NCBI GenBank assembly: GCA_017380575.1
Contig: JAFODS010000001.1
Coordinates: forward strand, 32,713-96,712
Direction: 5' to 3'
Origin: Clostridia bacterium
GTDB taxonomy: Bacteria; Bacillota; Clostridia; Oscillospirales; Acutalibacteraceae
Length of the DNA: 64,000 nt
The position numbers were made by a program, and so were the translations under genes. Below the pieces are notes generated by a model. That model had not been told where the DNA came from and made no database searches. It saw only the letters and a list, made by a program, of their open reading frames with translations. Position 1 is the first letter of the stretch, and the number at the start of each line of letters is the position of its first letter. Below are positions 15,011 through 24,609 of this stretch, piece after piece.

Positions 15011-16933
15011 ATGGCAGTAAAATTAAAAAGAATTTTTTCACTGATGCTGGTAGCGGTTATGCTTGCAGGTATGTCGGTTGTTGCCCTTGCGGCTTATCCT
15101 GATAATTATCCGAACACCCACCGCAATACGGGCAGAAATATTGCTGACCTTATTGCCGTTGCAAGAACGCAGATAGGTTACGCTGAGCTCAATCCTTCAA
15201 CGGGTGTACCTCTCTCTGAAACATCACAGGTTGCAGGTTACACGAAATACGGCGAGTCCTTCGGATATTCTACAGGCGAATGGTGTGCATATTTTGTTTC
15301 GTGGTGCGGACGAAAAGCAGGTATACCTACTTCTGTCCTTCCGCGTCTTGGTAACTGTGCGGCTTCCGTTTCGTGGTATAAAAAGAATTCGGTGTACTAC
15401 CCTGCAAGCTCGGGCTATGTGCCTAAGGCGGGTGATATTGTTTTCTTTAACTGGTCAGGCGGTTCAACGGCAAAGCACGTCGGTATTGTTACAGGCGTCA
15501 GCGGTAACAGCGTTTTCACAATTGAAGGAAATACAGGTCCCGGCAGAGGCAATCGCTGCATGGCAAAGCAGAGAAGCCGTTCGGCAGGATACATTGTCGG
15601 TTACGGTGTGCCTGCTTATAATGATTCATCATCCTACGGTGGATCACATTCATTCGTCGGAGTGGGTACGGGCGGTTCATACTCGGATTCAATCAGCTAT
15701 TCATCCTCTCAGCTTGCGGTTGTAACAACCTCCGCAACGGAGATTACTGCAACAAATGCGATGCTTCACGGCTCCGTTACAAACAAGGGCAGGCTCTATG
15801 TTGCATCGGCAGGCTTCCTCTTCGGTACGGACAAGCTTAAGCTTGATAAGTATCAGGTGTACAAAGCCCTGACTTATCCTGAAATAAAGCTCGAAATGGA
15901 CGTTGCTTCAAACGTCGGTGAGCTTAAACCGAAATCAACTTATTATTACCGCACCTACGTAACGATCGACGGTGTGGATTACATCGGACCGACTTATGCA
16001 CTTGTTACGGTTGACGATATTCCCAAGGAGATTGTTCTTCAGGACAGCACGGTTCACGTCGGTGTCGGTCAGACTTCGGAAATTTTCTGGTCACAGCTTC
16101 CTTTAGGTTCAACGGATAAGGGCGTTACCTGGGTTTCTGAGGACAAGCGAATTGCAACAGTTACGGGCAACGGACTTGTTATGGGTATCAACTACGGCAG
16201 AGTTAAGGTTTCGGGAAAGACAAATTACGGTTCTGCAACGGCTGAATGCGTTATCGAGGTGCTTATTCCTACACCCTCAAACCTGCAGTTTGCAGACGTT
16301 GACGAGGAAAACATCACCGTAAAATGGGATGCTGTTCACGGAGCAAAGGGTTATGTTCTTTACCGTAATTCGGATATTGATTCCGAACCGCAGAAGCTTG
16401 CTGAGCTTGATGCGGACGAAACGGAGTTCAGGGACACTTCCGTCAAGGCCGGAGAAAAGTATTATTACCGCATTATGACACTTGCGGACAAGGACGAATA
16501 TAACAGCGACATTTCGGAAGTTATTTATACAACAGCGAAGCTTCCTGCACCTGAAAAAGTTACTTCTTCAAAAAACGGTGTATGGATTAACGTTGAATGG
16601 TCTGCGGTTGAAAAAGCAAAGAGCTATCTTGTTTTCAGGTCAACTTCGGAAAACGGACTTTATACAAATATCGGTAAGGCTTATTCGGAAAAGTTTATCG
16701 ACCACGATGTTCTTTCGGGACAGACTTATTATTATAAGGTTGTTGCAGAAAACGGTAATGATCGAACACGAAGCGATTTTTCAGCCGTAACCGCAACAAA
16801 GGCAAAGGTTGTTACAAAGGCGGAAGCCTCAAAGGACAGCATATGTATGGAGGTTATAACACCTGTGCCTGTAAGACAGAAAAACGCGGAAATTGTCCGT
16901 TCGGGTATTAAGGAATTTACACCATCGTTTTAG
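15011..16933 (+). CDS. Secreted CHAP-domain cell-wall hydrolase with Big_2-like and two fibronectin type III domains
   Basis: Signal peptide is present. The CHAP motifs are EWCAYFVSWCG and GDIVFFNWSGGSTAKHVGIVTG. The Big_2-like segment is VTWVSEDKRIATVTGNGLV. Two FN3-like repeats are KGYVLYRN...YYYRI and KSYLVFRS...YYYKV. The start could also be the GTG at 15002. Confidence 0.8.
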   Translation: MAVKLKRIFSLMLVAVMLAGMSVVALAAYPDNYPNTHRNTGRNIADLIAVARTQIGYAELNPSTGVPLSETSQVAGYTKYGESFGYSTGEWCAYFVSWCGRKAGIPTSVLPRLGNCAASVSWYKKNSVYYPASSGYVPKAGDIVFFNWSGGSTAKHVGIVTGVSGNSVFTIEGNTGPGRGNRCMAKQRSRSAGYIVGYGVPAYNDSSSYGGSHSFVGVGTGGSYSDSISYSSSQLAVVTTSATEITATNAMLHGSVTNKGRLYVASAGFLFGTDKLKLDKYQVYKALTYPEIKLEMDVASNVGELKPKSTYYYRTYVTIDGVDYIGPTYALVTVDDIPKEIVLQDSTVHVGVGQTSEIFWSQLPLGSTDKGVTWVSEDKRIATVTGNGLVMGINYGRVKVSGKTNYGSATAECVIEVLIPTPSNLQFADVDEENITVKWDAVHGAKGYVLYRNSDIDSEPQKLAELDADETEFRDTSVKAGEKYYYRIMTLADKDEYNSDISEVIYTTAKLPAPEKVTSSKNGVWINVEWSAVEKAKSYLVFRSTSENGLYTNIGKAYSEKFIDHDVLSGQTYYYKVVAENGNDRTRSDFSAVTATKAKVVTKAEASKDSICMEVITPVPVRQKNAEIVRSGIKEFTPSF

Positions 16934-16938
16934 CTGAA

Positions 16939-16967
16939 AAGAGGACACTGTTTGTGTCCTCTTTTTT
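16939..16967 (+). terminator. Rho-independent terminator
   Basis: A 10-bp stem (aagaggacac / gtgtcctctt) followed by a T-run. Confidence 0.85.
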
Positions 16968-16980
16968 ATAGGGTGATTCA

Positions 16981-17517
16981 ATGAATAAATCAAAAACAAA
17001 AGATCTTGCCACGGTGTCGCTTTGTTCGGCTCTTATGTGTGTCTGTTCGTGGATTCAGTTCCCGTCTGCGGTGCCTTTTACCCTGCAGACCTTTGCGGTG
17101 TTTTTCATTGCGCTGACATTCGGCACAAAGAAAGCACTTACGTCAACAGTTATATATATTCTTCTCGGTGCTGTGGGTTTGCCTGTTTTCTCAGGCTTTC
17201 AGGGCGGTATCGGAGCGTTGCTCGGTGCAACGGGCGGTTTCGTTCTCGGTTTTATCCCGTCGGTGATTATCGTCAGCCTTTTGGCACGTAAGTTCGCAAA
17301 AAGCTTTTTGTCCTCTGCTGTCTGCTGTCTACCGGGACTTGTTATCTGTTACGTTTCGGGATTGCTTTGGTATGTTTTTGTTTACGGCGGCGGAAACCTT
17401 AAGAGTGCATTTTTTGTCTGTGTGCTGCCGTTCATCGTTCCCGATGTTCTTAAAATTATCCTCGCGTCAACGGTTTCGCGACGTGTTTATCGTATAGTGA
17501 ATAATCATAACCAATAG
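16981..17517 (+). CDS. bioY: Biotin transporter S-component BioY
   Basis: VPFTLQTFAVFFIALTFG...ILLGAVGLPVFSGFQGGIGALLGATGGFVLGFI matches the BioY signature. Confidence 0.9.
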   Translation: MNKSKTKDLATVSLCSALMCVCSWIQFPSAVPFTLQTFAVFFIALTFGTKKALTSTVIYILLGAVGLPVFSGFQGGIGALLGATGGFVLGFIPSVIIVSLLARKFAKSFLSSAVCCLPGLVICYVSGLLWYVFVYGGGNLKSAFFVCVLPFIVPDVLKIILASTVSRRVYRIVNNHNQ

Positions 17518-17562
17518 CAAACTATTGGCTGGCACAGCCTCTAAAAGAGGTAAACAATTCCG

Positions 17563-17700
17563 ATTGTTCGTGGCTCCCTCTGATGAGGGAGCTGGCAAAA
17601 CCGTAGGTTTTGACTGAGGGAGAGAAAATTTTAACTACCCCTCCGTCTTTCGGCTTCGCCGAAATCCACCTCCCCTGACAAGTGGAGGTAAGGACTTGCT
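17563..17700 (+). repeat. Interspersed structured repeat, copy 1 (homologous to 39466-39674 in inverse orientation)
   Basis: Shared blocks are CTGATGAG..GGCAAAACCGYAGGTTTTGAC.GAGGGAGAGA, TTAACTACCCCTC and TCCCCTGACAAGTGGAG. Several hairpins are present, and the location is intergenic. Confidence 0.75.
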
Positions 17701-17791
17701 CCGCTTTTTTCCTCGGCAGAACCGTTTTTTTCACACCTGAAGGCACCAATAAATAAAGCGGAAGAAACTTTTCAGTTTCCTCCGCTTGTTT

Positions 17792-18502
17792 TTATATTGT
17801 GAAGTCTGCGACCACGGGAAGATGGTCAGCAATAACATCGTGAAGAGTTTCTGCACCGTTGCAGTTAAGTCCGCGGTAGAAGATGTAGTCAATCTTCTTT
17901 TTCGGATTAATTGACGGGTAGGTGAGTTCCTTTGCACTGTCTGAAATATCTGCGGTGTCAAGAAGTCTGTCACGGATCGGCCCAAGCACCTCACCGTCAG
18001 GCTCAACATTGAAATCGCCCATAAGGATGATGGGCATATCCGTTTCGTCAATCAGTCGGCAGATAACCTCGACCGCATTTGCTCTTTCAAGCTTCGCAAG
18101 ACCCATATGGCAGACAAGCCAGCAAACGTCAACGCCTTCAACCTCAACAATCGCCTTGATAACACAGCGGGATTCGTAATAAGTAGGTTCGCTTTTATCC
18201 TCGGGGTCGGGAATTGCAACGGTTTCGGCAGATTTAATCGGATACTTTGTAAGAATTGCATTTCCGAAAGGGTTGTTGCCGTCAATCAATGCACCGAGTC
18301 CGAAGTAACCATTCCAGCCGAGCTTTTCGCTGAAAAACTTAACCTGATCTGTATATTCTTCGTCGTCGCCTTCGTTCATAACCTCGTTAAGACCGAGAAA
18401 ATCGGGGTTAAGTCTGCCAAGCTCCTTTGCAAAAAAATCAAGGTCGATAACCTGACGGACATAATCCGTTGCGTGCTGAATATTAAAGGACATAAATTTC
18501 AT
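17792..18502 (-). CDS. Endonuclease/exonuclease/phosphatase (EEP) family protein
   Basis: MKFMSFNIQHA...FLGLNEV...GDFN...SDHLPV-type motifs (here ADHLPVVADF). Confidence 0.8.
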   Translation of the reverse strand: MKFMSFNIQHATDYVRQVIDLDFFAKELGRLNPDFLGLNEVMNEGDDEEYTDQVKFFSEKLGWNGYFGLGALIDGNNPFGNAILTKYPIKSAETVAIPDPEDKSEPTYYESRCVIKAIVEVEGVDVCWLVCHMGLAKLERANAVEVICRLIDETDMPIILMGDFNVEPDGEVLGPIRDRLLDTADISDSAKELTYPSINPKKKIDYIFYRGLNCNGAETLHDVIADHLPVVADFTI

Positions 18503-18579
18503 AAAATCACCTCATGAAGAAAGATGTCAATAAAGAATAAACGGGAACTGAAAAGCTCCCGTTTATTAATGTGTGAACT

Positions 18580-19116
18580 TTAAATTACAAAAATTCCGAG
18601 AAGAACAGCCACCATGTAAACAAGAAGGCTGATTGCATATTTTTCCATAAATGCTGAAACGATGAAGTAAACAGACGGAATAAATGCAAGAATCTTCACA
18701 ATGATGTTTGTTTTCTGCTCTTTGCCGTAAAGCATATCCCAGTTGTAAAGCGCATCCTCATAAAGCGGAGCGTTATTGCACATAAGAGAAATGCCGACGT
18801 AAAGCATTGCAAGGTAAACCCAGAAAATTGTATCTTCGGAGCTTACTTCAAGATAGAAAAGACCGAGGTAACCGCCGATGAGCATACCGTAGCCGAAGAA
18901 ACGGTTCATCAGACCGGGAAGGTAACAGATGAGGAAGCTCTTAAGCTTGCTTTCTGTAAAATCGTGTTCAATGTGACCGCAAAGCTCAGTCGAGTTAAGG
19001 TAGCTTGCATCCTGTACGGGAATGCCGAGGATGCGGCAGAAAACCTGCTCCCAGAGAGCCTTAAGGGAAGCACCGATGATTGTGAGATACTTTGAAATTA
19101 CGTATACAATTGTCAT
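18580..19116 (-). CDS. Hypothetical membrane protein
   Basis: 178 aa with 4-5 hydrophobic segments. Its start overlaps the stop of the upstream gene (ATGA). Confidence 0.5.
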   Translation of the reverse strand: MTIVYVISKYLTIIGASLKALWEQVFCRILGIPVQDASYLNSTELCGHIEHDFTESKLKSFLICYLPGLMNRFFGYGMLIGGYLGLFYLEVSSEDTIFWVYLAMLYVGISLMCNNAPLYEDALYNWDMLYGKEQKTNIIVKILAFIPSVYFIVSAFMEKYAISLLVYMVAVLLGIFVI

Positions 19117-20765
19117 CAGATATCACCGTATCCTTCCATAAAGATTTCTTCGAAAGTGATTTCGCCTTCGATACACTTCTTAACCTTTTCGTCAAGCTCT
19201 GTCGGCTCCTGACCTGCTTCAAACAATGCTTTGACATTTTCGTAAGTTTCTTCGTCGTCGCAAAGCTTACCGATCAAAGCGATTGTATTAAGGATTTCGT
19301 AAGAAGCCTGACCCTGTGTGCTTACGGTAATAATTTCGTAAGCTGTCTTGGCTGCGTCAAGTGCGCCTGCTTTATCGTCAAGAAGCATGCAGGAAATTGC
19401 CTGCTGATTGTAAATTGATGCATCCTGCTCAACAGCAACACCCTTCTTACAGATGTCAATTGACTCCTGATATTTGCCCATACGGCGAAGGATTTCTGCC
19501 TTGACAGCATAGTAATCAATAGCTTCGGGGTTGTCCTTGAACATTCTTTCGCAACGCTCGTCAGCCTTTGTGAAATCGCCCTGAAGGATGTTTGCCTTGA
19601 TTGAGTAATAGTAAGCATCTGTTGCGTTGATGTTTGCTTCGTAAAGACGGTCAGCAATAACCTCAACTCTGTCGTAATCCTCGTAAGTCCATGCTACCTG
19701 GAGATAGATGAAATCGAAGAGGTATGAATACTCACCGAGGTCCTCAAGGAGATTGTCGAAAATTTCAAAAACAACTTCCTTATCCTTTTCTGCAAAGTAT
19801 GCAGCGATGTATCTGTAGTAACCGTTAAGGCTCTTCTGTGCGGGAGTGTCGTTCGGGCAGGTTTCAAGGAATGCGATAGCCTCGTCATACTTGATTTTCT
19901 GCTCGGATGTTTTTTCGTCCGTGTACATGAATGTGTACCATGTCGGGCCGATTTCGTTGCTGTAAGAATTAACTTCAACGCAGTAATCATACATCTTTTT
20001 GATTTTTTCATACTTGCGTGTTTCAAGCTTATCCTTGTCAACCTCAACACTTACGATGTTTACGAACTGAGCAATCTGCTCCTGACTGAACGGAAGTGAA
20101 TCCACATATGCATCAAGAAGGATTCTCATTGAACGTTCACCGTCAACAAAGAAATCAACAACATTCTGATTCTTGTTGAAGGTTGCAAGAGTAGCGTTGA
20201 AGCCCTGGTCAACCGTTGCAACGTCTGTGCTGAGCTTTTCAACTGCACCGATTGCGTCTGTATAACGCTTTTCTGAAATAAGGCTTTCAACCTTCATAAG
20301 CTGGGCTGAAAAATCAACCGTTGAAACGCAAACAAACCAGCTGAATGCTGCAAAGAATACCATTACAAAAGCAAGAACAACCTGCGGAATACCGAAGTGG
20401 GTACGAAGGAACTTTCTTGCACAGTCCTCACAGTAAAGGTCGTTCGGGCTGTTCTTTGTTGAATTGCCGCAGATAACACATTGTCCGTCAGCCTTCTTTT
20501 CAGCCTTTTCTTCCGTTTCGTTCTTTTCTTCCTTTTTCTCCTCTTCTGCGGGAGCTTCCTCTGCCTCTTCAGCAGGCTCTTCCTGAGCCTTTTCTTCCTC
20601 GGCAGGTGCCTCCTCTTTATCCATTATGGGAGCAAGGTCGTCAAGAGTGATGTCGTCGGTTTTGGTTTCGGGCACCGCAGCGTCCCATTTCCAATCGCCT
20701 TCAACCTTTTCCTTTTCATCTTCAGGAGTTTCCGGAATTATCTTTTCTTTGTTCTCGTCAGACAA
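19116..20765 (-). CDS. Membrane-anchored zinc-ribbon / TPR-like repeat protein with an acidic N-terminus
   Basis: E/K/A-rich N-terminal 90 aa, CVICGN...CEDCARKF, one TM segment, then helical repeat-like sequence. Confidence 0.55.
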   Translation of the reverse strand: MSDENKEKIIPETPEDEKEKVEGDWKWDAAVPETKTDDITLDDLAPIMDKEEAPAEEEKAQEEPAEEAEEAPAEEEKKEEKNETEEKAEKKADGQCVICGNSTKNSPNDLYCEDCARKFLRTHFGIPQVVLAFVMVFFAAFSWFVCVSTVDFSAQLMKVESLISEKRYTDAIGAVEKLSTDVATVDQGFNATLATFNKNQNVVDFFVDGERSMRILLDAYVDSLPFSQEQIAQFVNIVSVEVDKDKLETRKYEKIKKMYDYCVEVNSYSNEIGPTWYTFMYTDEKTSEQKIKYDEAIAFLETCPNDTPAQKSLNGYYRYIAAYFAEKDKEVVFEIFDNLLEDLGEYSYLFDFIYLQVAWTYEDYDRVEVIADRLYEANINATDAYYYSIKANILQGDFTKADERCERMFKDNPEAIDYYAVKAEILRRMGKYQESIDICKKGVAVEQDASIYNQQAISCMLLDDKAGALDAAKTAYEIITVSTQGQASYEILNTIALIGKLCDDEETYENVKALFEAGQEPTELDEKVKKCIEGEITFEEIFMEGYGDI

Positions 20766-20921
20766 AGCTATTCCTCCTTTTAATATACTGTAAATTAGAT
20801 AATAACATAAAAAAGTTATAATTTCAATTCAATTATAAAAATTAACAAAATATATATTTTTAACTTGACGAGCTGTTTCAATGAGGTTAAAATTTAAGAA
20901 AAACTTCAGGAGATGCTTATT

Positions 20922-22007
20922 ATGGCTGCAGGTTATCCTACCTCATTAAAACATTCAAAGCTCCGTCAGTCACCGCTTCGCTTCAGGGACGACGGCACAT
21001 TCAGAATTTTACACCTTTCGGATATTCACGAAGTTTCGCCCGAAATGGATGACGACGAAAACCGCGATATTCCCGTAAACAAGTCGATTGAAACCGTCAA
21101 CGTAATCGAAAAATGCATCGGGATGGCAGAGCCTGACCTCGTTGTTTTCGGCGGTGACAACATCAGCGGATACTGGGAAGAATATACATACGATTACCTT
21201 CACGAAACGATTGAAAAAATCGTTGCCCCGATAAAGAAAAGAAACATTCCGCTTGCCGTTGTTTTCGGAAACCACGATTCCGAGGGTGAGGAAAAAAGAC
21301 CGTTTATCCGCCGTGAAAATCATATCAATATTTACGCTGAATATGAAAATTTCCGCGGATGCTATAACGAAGAGGACGTATCGGGTTGCGGTAATTACAG
21401 CCTGCCGATTATGAGTGCAGACGGCAGAAAGGTTTCCTGGAATGTCTGGTGTATGGATTCAAACGATTATATCCGCGACGAAAACCACCGAGTGATTGAG
21501 GGCAAAGGATTCGGAATCGTCCACCCTGACCAGATTGCTTGGTACGAGAAAAAATCCGCAAAGCTCCGCGAAGAAAACGGCGGAAATCCCGTGCCGTCAA
21601 TTCTTTTCCAACACATCCCCGTGCATCAGGAATTTGACCTTTTTGACTTCCTTGACGAAAAGGTTGAGGGTGCTGTTGAAAAGAACGGAAAATATTTGGT
21701 TGCTAAAGAGGGAGCAATAAGCGAAGGCCTTGTACGCGAAGCACCGTGCCCACCCGAAACGGAGCGTTCACAGTTTGAAAGCTGGAAGAAGACGGGCGAT
21801 ATCGTTGCGGCATTCTTCGGCCACGACCACGTTAACACATTTATCGCAGAGGTTGACGGAATAAAGCTTATCCAGACTCTCGGTGCAGGCTACCACACCT
21901 ACGGAAAAGAAAGAGGCGGAAGGCTCATTGTCCTTCACGAAGATTCAAAAGAATTCGACACGAAGACACTTGTTGTTGAAAGAATCACACAGACCGATTT
22001 TGATTGA
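20922..22007 (+). CDS. Metallophosphoesterase
   Basis: The motifs are LSDIHE, GGDN, GNHD and GHDH. The ATG at 20922 is preferred because AGGAG lies 9 nt upstream. Confidence 0.8.
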   Translation: MAAGYPTSLKHSKLRQSPLRFRDDGTFRILHLSDIHEVSPEMDDDENRDIPVNKSIETVNVIEKCIGMAEPDLVVFGGDNISGYWEEYTYDYLHETIEKIVAPIKKRNIPLAVVFGNHDSEGEEKRPFIRRENHINIYAEYENFRGCYNEEDVSGCGNYSLPIMSADGRKVSWNVWCMDSNDYIRDENHRVIEGKGFGIVHPDQIAWYEKKSAKLREENGGNPVPSILFQHIPVHQEFDLFDFLDEKVEGAVEKNGKYLVAKEGAISEGLVREAPCPPETERSQFESWKKTGDIVAAFFGHDHVNTFIAEVDGIKLIQTLGAGYHTYGKERGGRLIVLHEDSKEFDTKTLVVERITQTDFD

Positions 22008-22014
22008 TAAAAAG

Positions 22015-22046
22015 AAACCGCAGAGATTTTTCTCCGCGGTTTTTGT
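22015..22046. terminator. Bidirectional hairpin terminator
   Basis: A 12-bp stem with one mismatch (aaaccgcagaga / tctccgcggttt), a tttt loop, and a T-run after it. Confidence 0.8.
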
Positions 22047-22056
22047 TTGTCTGCTA

Positions 22057-23085
22057 TCAGAAATTGTAGTTCGGCTTAACAATTTTGCCTGTTTCTGCAG
22101 ATTCAACAATTGCGAGGCAGACTTCAACAGTCTTTGCACCCTCGATTGCACTTGTTGCAACGGGCTTGTCGTTGAGGATTTCGTCAGCGAAAACTTCAAA
22201 TTCCTTAACGGCATTGTGGTTGTTGAGCTCGATTTCAATTGTCTGCGGGTCCTGAGTGTCACCGTTTTCGTCAACTGTGAAGAGAGTCATTGTCGGCGAT
22301 GTGTTGTCGCAGATGATTGTGCCCTTTGTGCCGTAGATAACTGTACGCATTGTGTAGTCACGCTTACAGCCTGTTGAAACGAACACCTTGCCTGCAAGGT
22401 TGTCGTCAAATTTCATAATTGCGATTGTTGCATCGTCGTAGCTTACTGTCGGAAGAAGCTTGTGTGTACCGTAAGCGAAAACCTCAATCGGGTCGCCTGC
22501 AAGCCAACGGAGAAGGTCAACTGCGTGGCAGCCGCCGCCAACAACACCGTGACGCTTCGGGTCAGCTCTCCAGTGAGCAGAACCGTCCTTGTTTTCAACA
22601 ATGTGTATATAGTCGTGAGCGTATTCTGATTCAACGAAGTAAAGCTCGCCGATTGTGCCTGATTCGATAATTTCCTTTGCCTTTTCAAAAGCAGGAGTGA
22701 AACGGCAGATCTGACCAACCATAAATTTTGCATTTGATTCTTCTGCAGCTTTAACGATTTCTGCAATGTCCTCTCTTGTAAGAGCGAGGGGCTTTTCGCA
22801 AAGAACGTGCTTGCCTGCACGGAGAAGGTCGCAGCAAACCTGCTTGTGCTGCTGGTCGGGAATTGCAACTGAAACAACGTCAATATCAGGGTTGTTTACA
22901 ATATCCATATAGTCTGTTACCCATTTTTCTTCAGGGATATTATATCTTTCGCCTGCGAAGCGAAGGTTTTCTTCGTCACAGTCGCAGATTATAGCAACTT
23001 CTGCACCCGGGTAATTCAATGCGCCTTCAACGTGGCTCATACCGAATTTCATACCGATATTGGCAACCTGTAATTTCTTTTCCAT
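22057..23085 (-). CDS. Gfo/Idh/MocA-family NAD(P)-dependent oxidoreductase
   Basis: The N-terminal Rossmann segment is followed by the family-typical HVLCEKPLALT motif. Confidence 0.85.
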   Translation of the reverse strand: MEKKLQVANIGMKFGMSHVEGALNYPGAEVAIICDCDEENLRFAGERYNIPEEKWVTDYMDIVNNPDIDVVSVAIPDQQHKQVCCDLLRAGKHVLCEKPLALTREDIAEIVKAAEESNAKFMVGQICRFTPAFEKAKEIIESGTIGELYFVESEYAHDYIHIVENKDGSAHWRADPKRHGVVGGGCHAVDLLRWLAGDPIEVFAYGTHKLLPTVSYDDATIAIMKFDDNLAGKVFVSTGCKRDYTMRTVIYGTKGTIICDNTSPTMTLFTVDENGDTQDPQTIEIELNNHNAVKEFEVFADEILNDKPVATSAIEGAKTVEVCLAIVESAETGKIVKPNYNF

Positions 23086-23167
23086 AATTATGTATCTCCT
23101 TTAAAAACTTATGAAGTTATTCTACAACAATTTTCCGTAATATTCAATATGTGTAAGGACAAAAACA

Positions 23168-23195
23168 TTGTCAAAAAAATGACAAAAATTATAAT
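23168..23195 (+). promoter_or_regulatory. Candidate sigma-A promoter overlapping a perfect palindrome, TTGTCA-N6-TGACAA
   Basis: The -35-like TTGTCA (23168-23173) is followed by a 16-nt spacer and TATAAT (23190-23195). The palindrome spans 23168-23185. It lies between the divergent oxidoreductase and AcnX genes. Confidence 0.4.
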
Positions 23196-23293
23196 ATTGT
23201 CTTGAAATACAGTTTCCTTTATTATATAATAAAAAAGATATAGGCAAGTTAAACTTGCACTTGATAATCAAATCAAGAGGAGGAAAAATCATT

Positions 23294-24607
23294 ATGAATG
23301 AAAACTTCACTTACAAAATGAAGCTTACAGATGACGAGGTTGCCATTCTTCACGGTTCAAAAGGCGAAACATTGGCAAAGGTTATGAAAACTCTCGTTCT
23401 CTACGGCGACGCTTTCGGCGCAGAAAAGTTTGTTTCTGTTGCAGGAAATAAGGGTCACCTTGTTACAAGCTTCGGTATCTCTGTTCTCAAGCCTGTTTTC
23501 AATATCACACAGGAGCTTATCGATGCCGGCCTTAAGGTTGATGAAACATTTTCTGTTGACCCCAGACCTATCGATTATGCAAATGTTAAGTGTAATCCGC
23601 TTCAGAAGCTTATCTTCAATAAGATTCTCTACGGTATGCAGGATTCTTATGAAGCTCAGCTCAAAAAGCTCGGTCTTAAGGACAGCAAGGCTTTCACTTG
23701 CGCTTGCTACCTTGACGAAGTAGGCAACACACCGAAGAAGGGCGATATCCTTTCATGGGCAGAGAGTTCAGCTGTTGTTTACGCTAACTCAGTTCTCGGT
23801 GCAAGATGTAACCGTAACTCAGGTATCATCGAGCTCTTCGGTTCAATCCTCGGCAAGGTTCCCGAGTTTGACCTTCTCACAGATAAGGGCCGTAAGGCAA
23901 AGTGGATTATCGAAGTTAAGACAACTAAGATTCCTGAAGCTCAGGTTCTCGGTTCAGCTATCGGTATGAAGGTTATGGAAGACGTTCCTTATGTTAAGGG
24001 TCTTGACAAGTGGATCGGCACAGAGCTTAACGATGCAACTAAGGCATACCTTAAGGATTTCGGTGCTGCAACAGCTTCAAACGGTGCAGTTGGTCTTTAT
24101 CATATTGAAAACCTCACTCCCGAAGCAGTTGAAATGGGCGAAGACCTCATCATCGAAAACGCTAAGACATACGTTATTGACGATGCTGAGCTTGAAAGAG
24201 TATATAAGAACTATCCCGTTATCTGGAAGGATAAGAACGCAACTCCGAAGCTTTGCTTCATCGGTTGTCCGCACCTTTCATTCGAGCAGCTTGGCGAATG
24301 GGCAGAAAGAATTGACGAAGAATGCAAGAAGCAGGGTAAGAAGACAGTTCAGATCCGCACAGTTGTTACAAGTGCACCCGACGTTCTTGAAAGATTCAAG
24401 AAGGAGAACAAGGCAGCTTACAACAAGTTCCTTCTCCGCGGCGTAAATCTTTCATATATCTGTCCGCTTATGTATATGAACAATCCGCTTTGCGGCGGCG
24501 ACAGCAGCAACGTTATCACTTGCTCAAACAAGCTTCGTACATATACAACAGCACGTTACTTCACAACAGATGATATTACAAAGATCGTTGTAAAGGGAGG
24601 TTATTGA
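23294..24607 (+). CDS. Aconitase X catalytic subunit (DUF521)
   Basis: About 437 aa. GAGGAGG RBS lies before the ATG at 23294. The large-subunit layout is followed by a DUF126-like small subunit. The family call is from overall similarity recalled from memory. Confidence 0.7.
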   Translation: MNENFTYKMKLTDDEVAILHGSKGETLAKVMKTLVLYGDAFGAEKFVSVAGNKGHLVTSFGISVLKPVFNITQELIDAGLKVDETFSVDPRPIDYANVKCNPLQKLIFNKILYGMQDSYEAQLKKLGLKDSKAFTCACYLDEVGNTPKKGDILSWAESSAVVYANSVLGARCNRNSGIIELFGSILGKVPEFDLLTDKGRKAKWIIEVKTTKIPEAQVLGSAIGMKVMEDVPYVKGLDKWIGTELNDATKAYLKDFGAATASNGAVGLYHIENLTPEAVEMGEDLIIENAKTYVIDDAELERVYKNYPVIWKDKNATPKLCFIGCPHLSFEQLGEWAERIDEECKKQGKKTVQIRTVVTSAPDVLERFKKENKAAYNKFLLRGVNLSYICPLMYMNNPLCGGDSSNVITCSNKLRTYTTARYFTTDDITKIVVKGGY

Positions 24608-24609
24608 TT

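Noticed and set aside
15204-15725. The track lists many long alternative-frame or antisense ORFs inside well-supported genes. Examples are 15204-15725, 19322-19666, 19694-20050, 22443-22883, 23991-24446, 29906-30280, 34066-34494, 38295-38795, 41250-41672, 42062-42475, 48262-48618 and 58079-58635.
   Set aside because: Each lies fully within a longer ORF that has clear family motifs. Their translations are low-complexity (rich in Ser, Leu, Arg and Gln), lack RBS signals and show no recognisable domains.
17589-17640. The repeat core contains CUGAUGAG followed later by GAAA, reminiscent of the hammerhead ribozyme catalytic core.
   Set aside because: The sequence between CUGAUGA and GAAA does not close into a stem II (its ends, GGGAGC... 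and ...GGGAGA, are not complementary). The second copy has GATAA instead of GAAA. No plausible stem I/III or cleavage-site context could be drawn.
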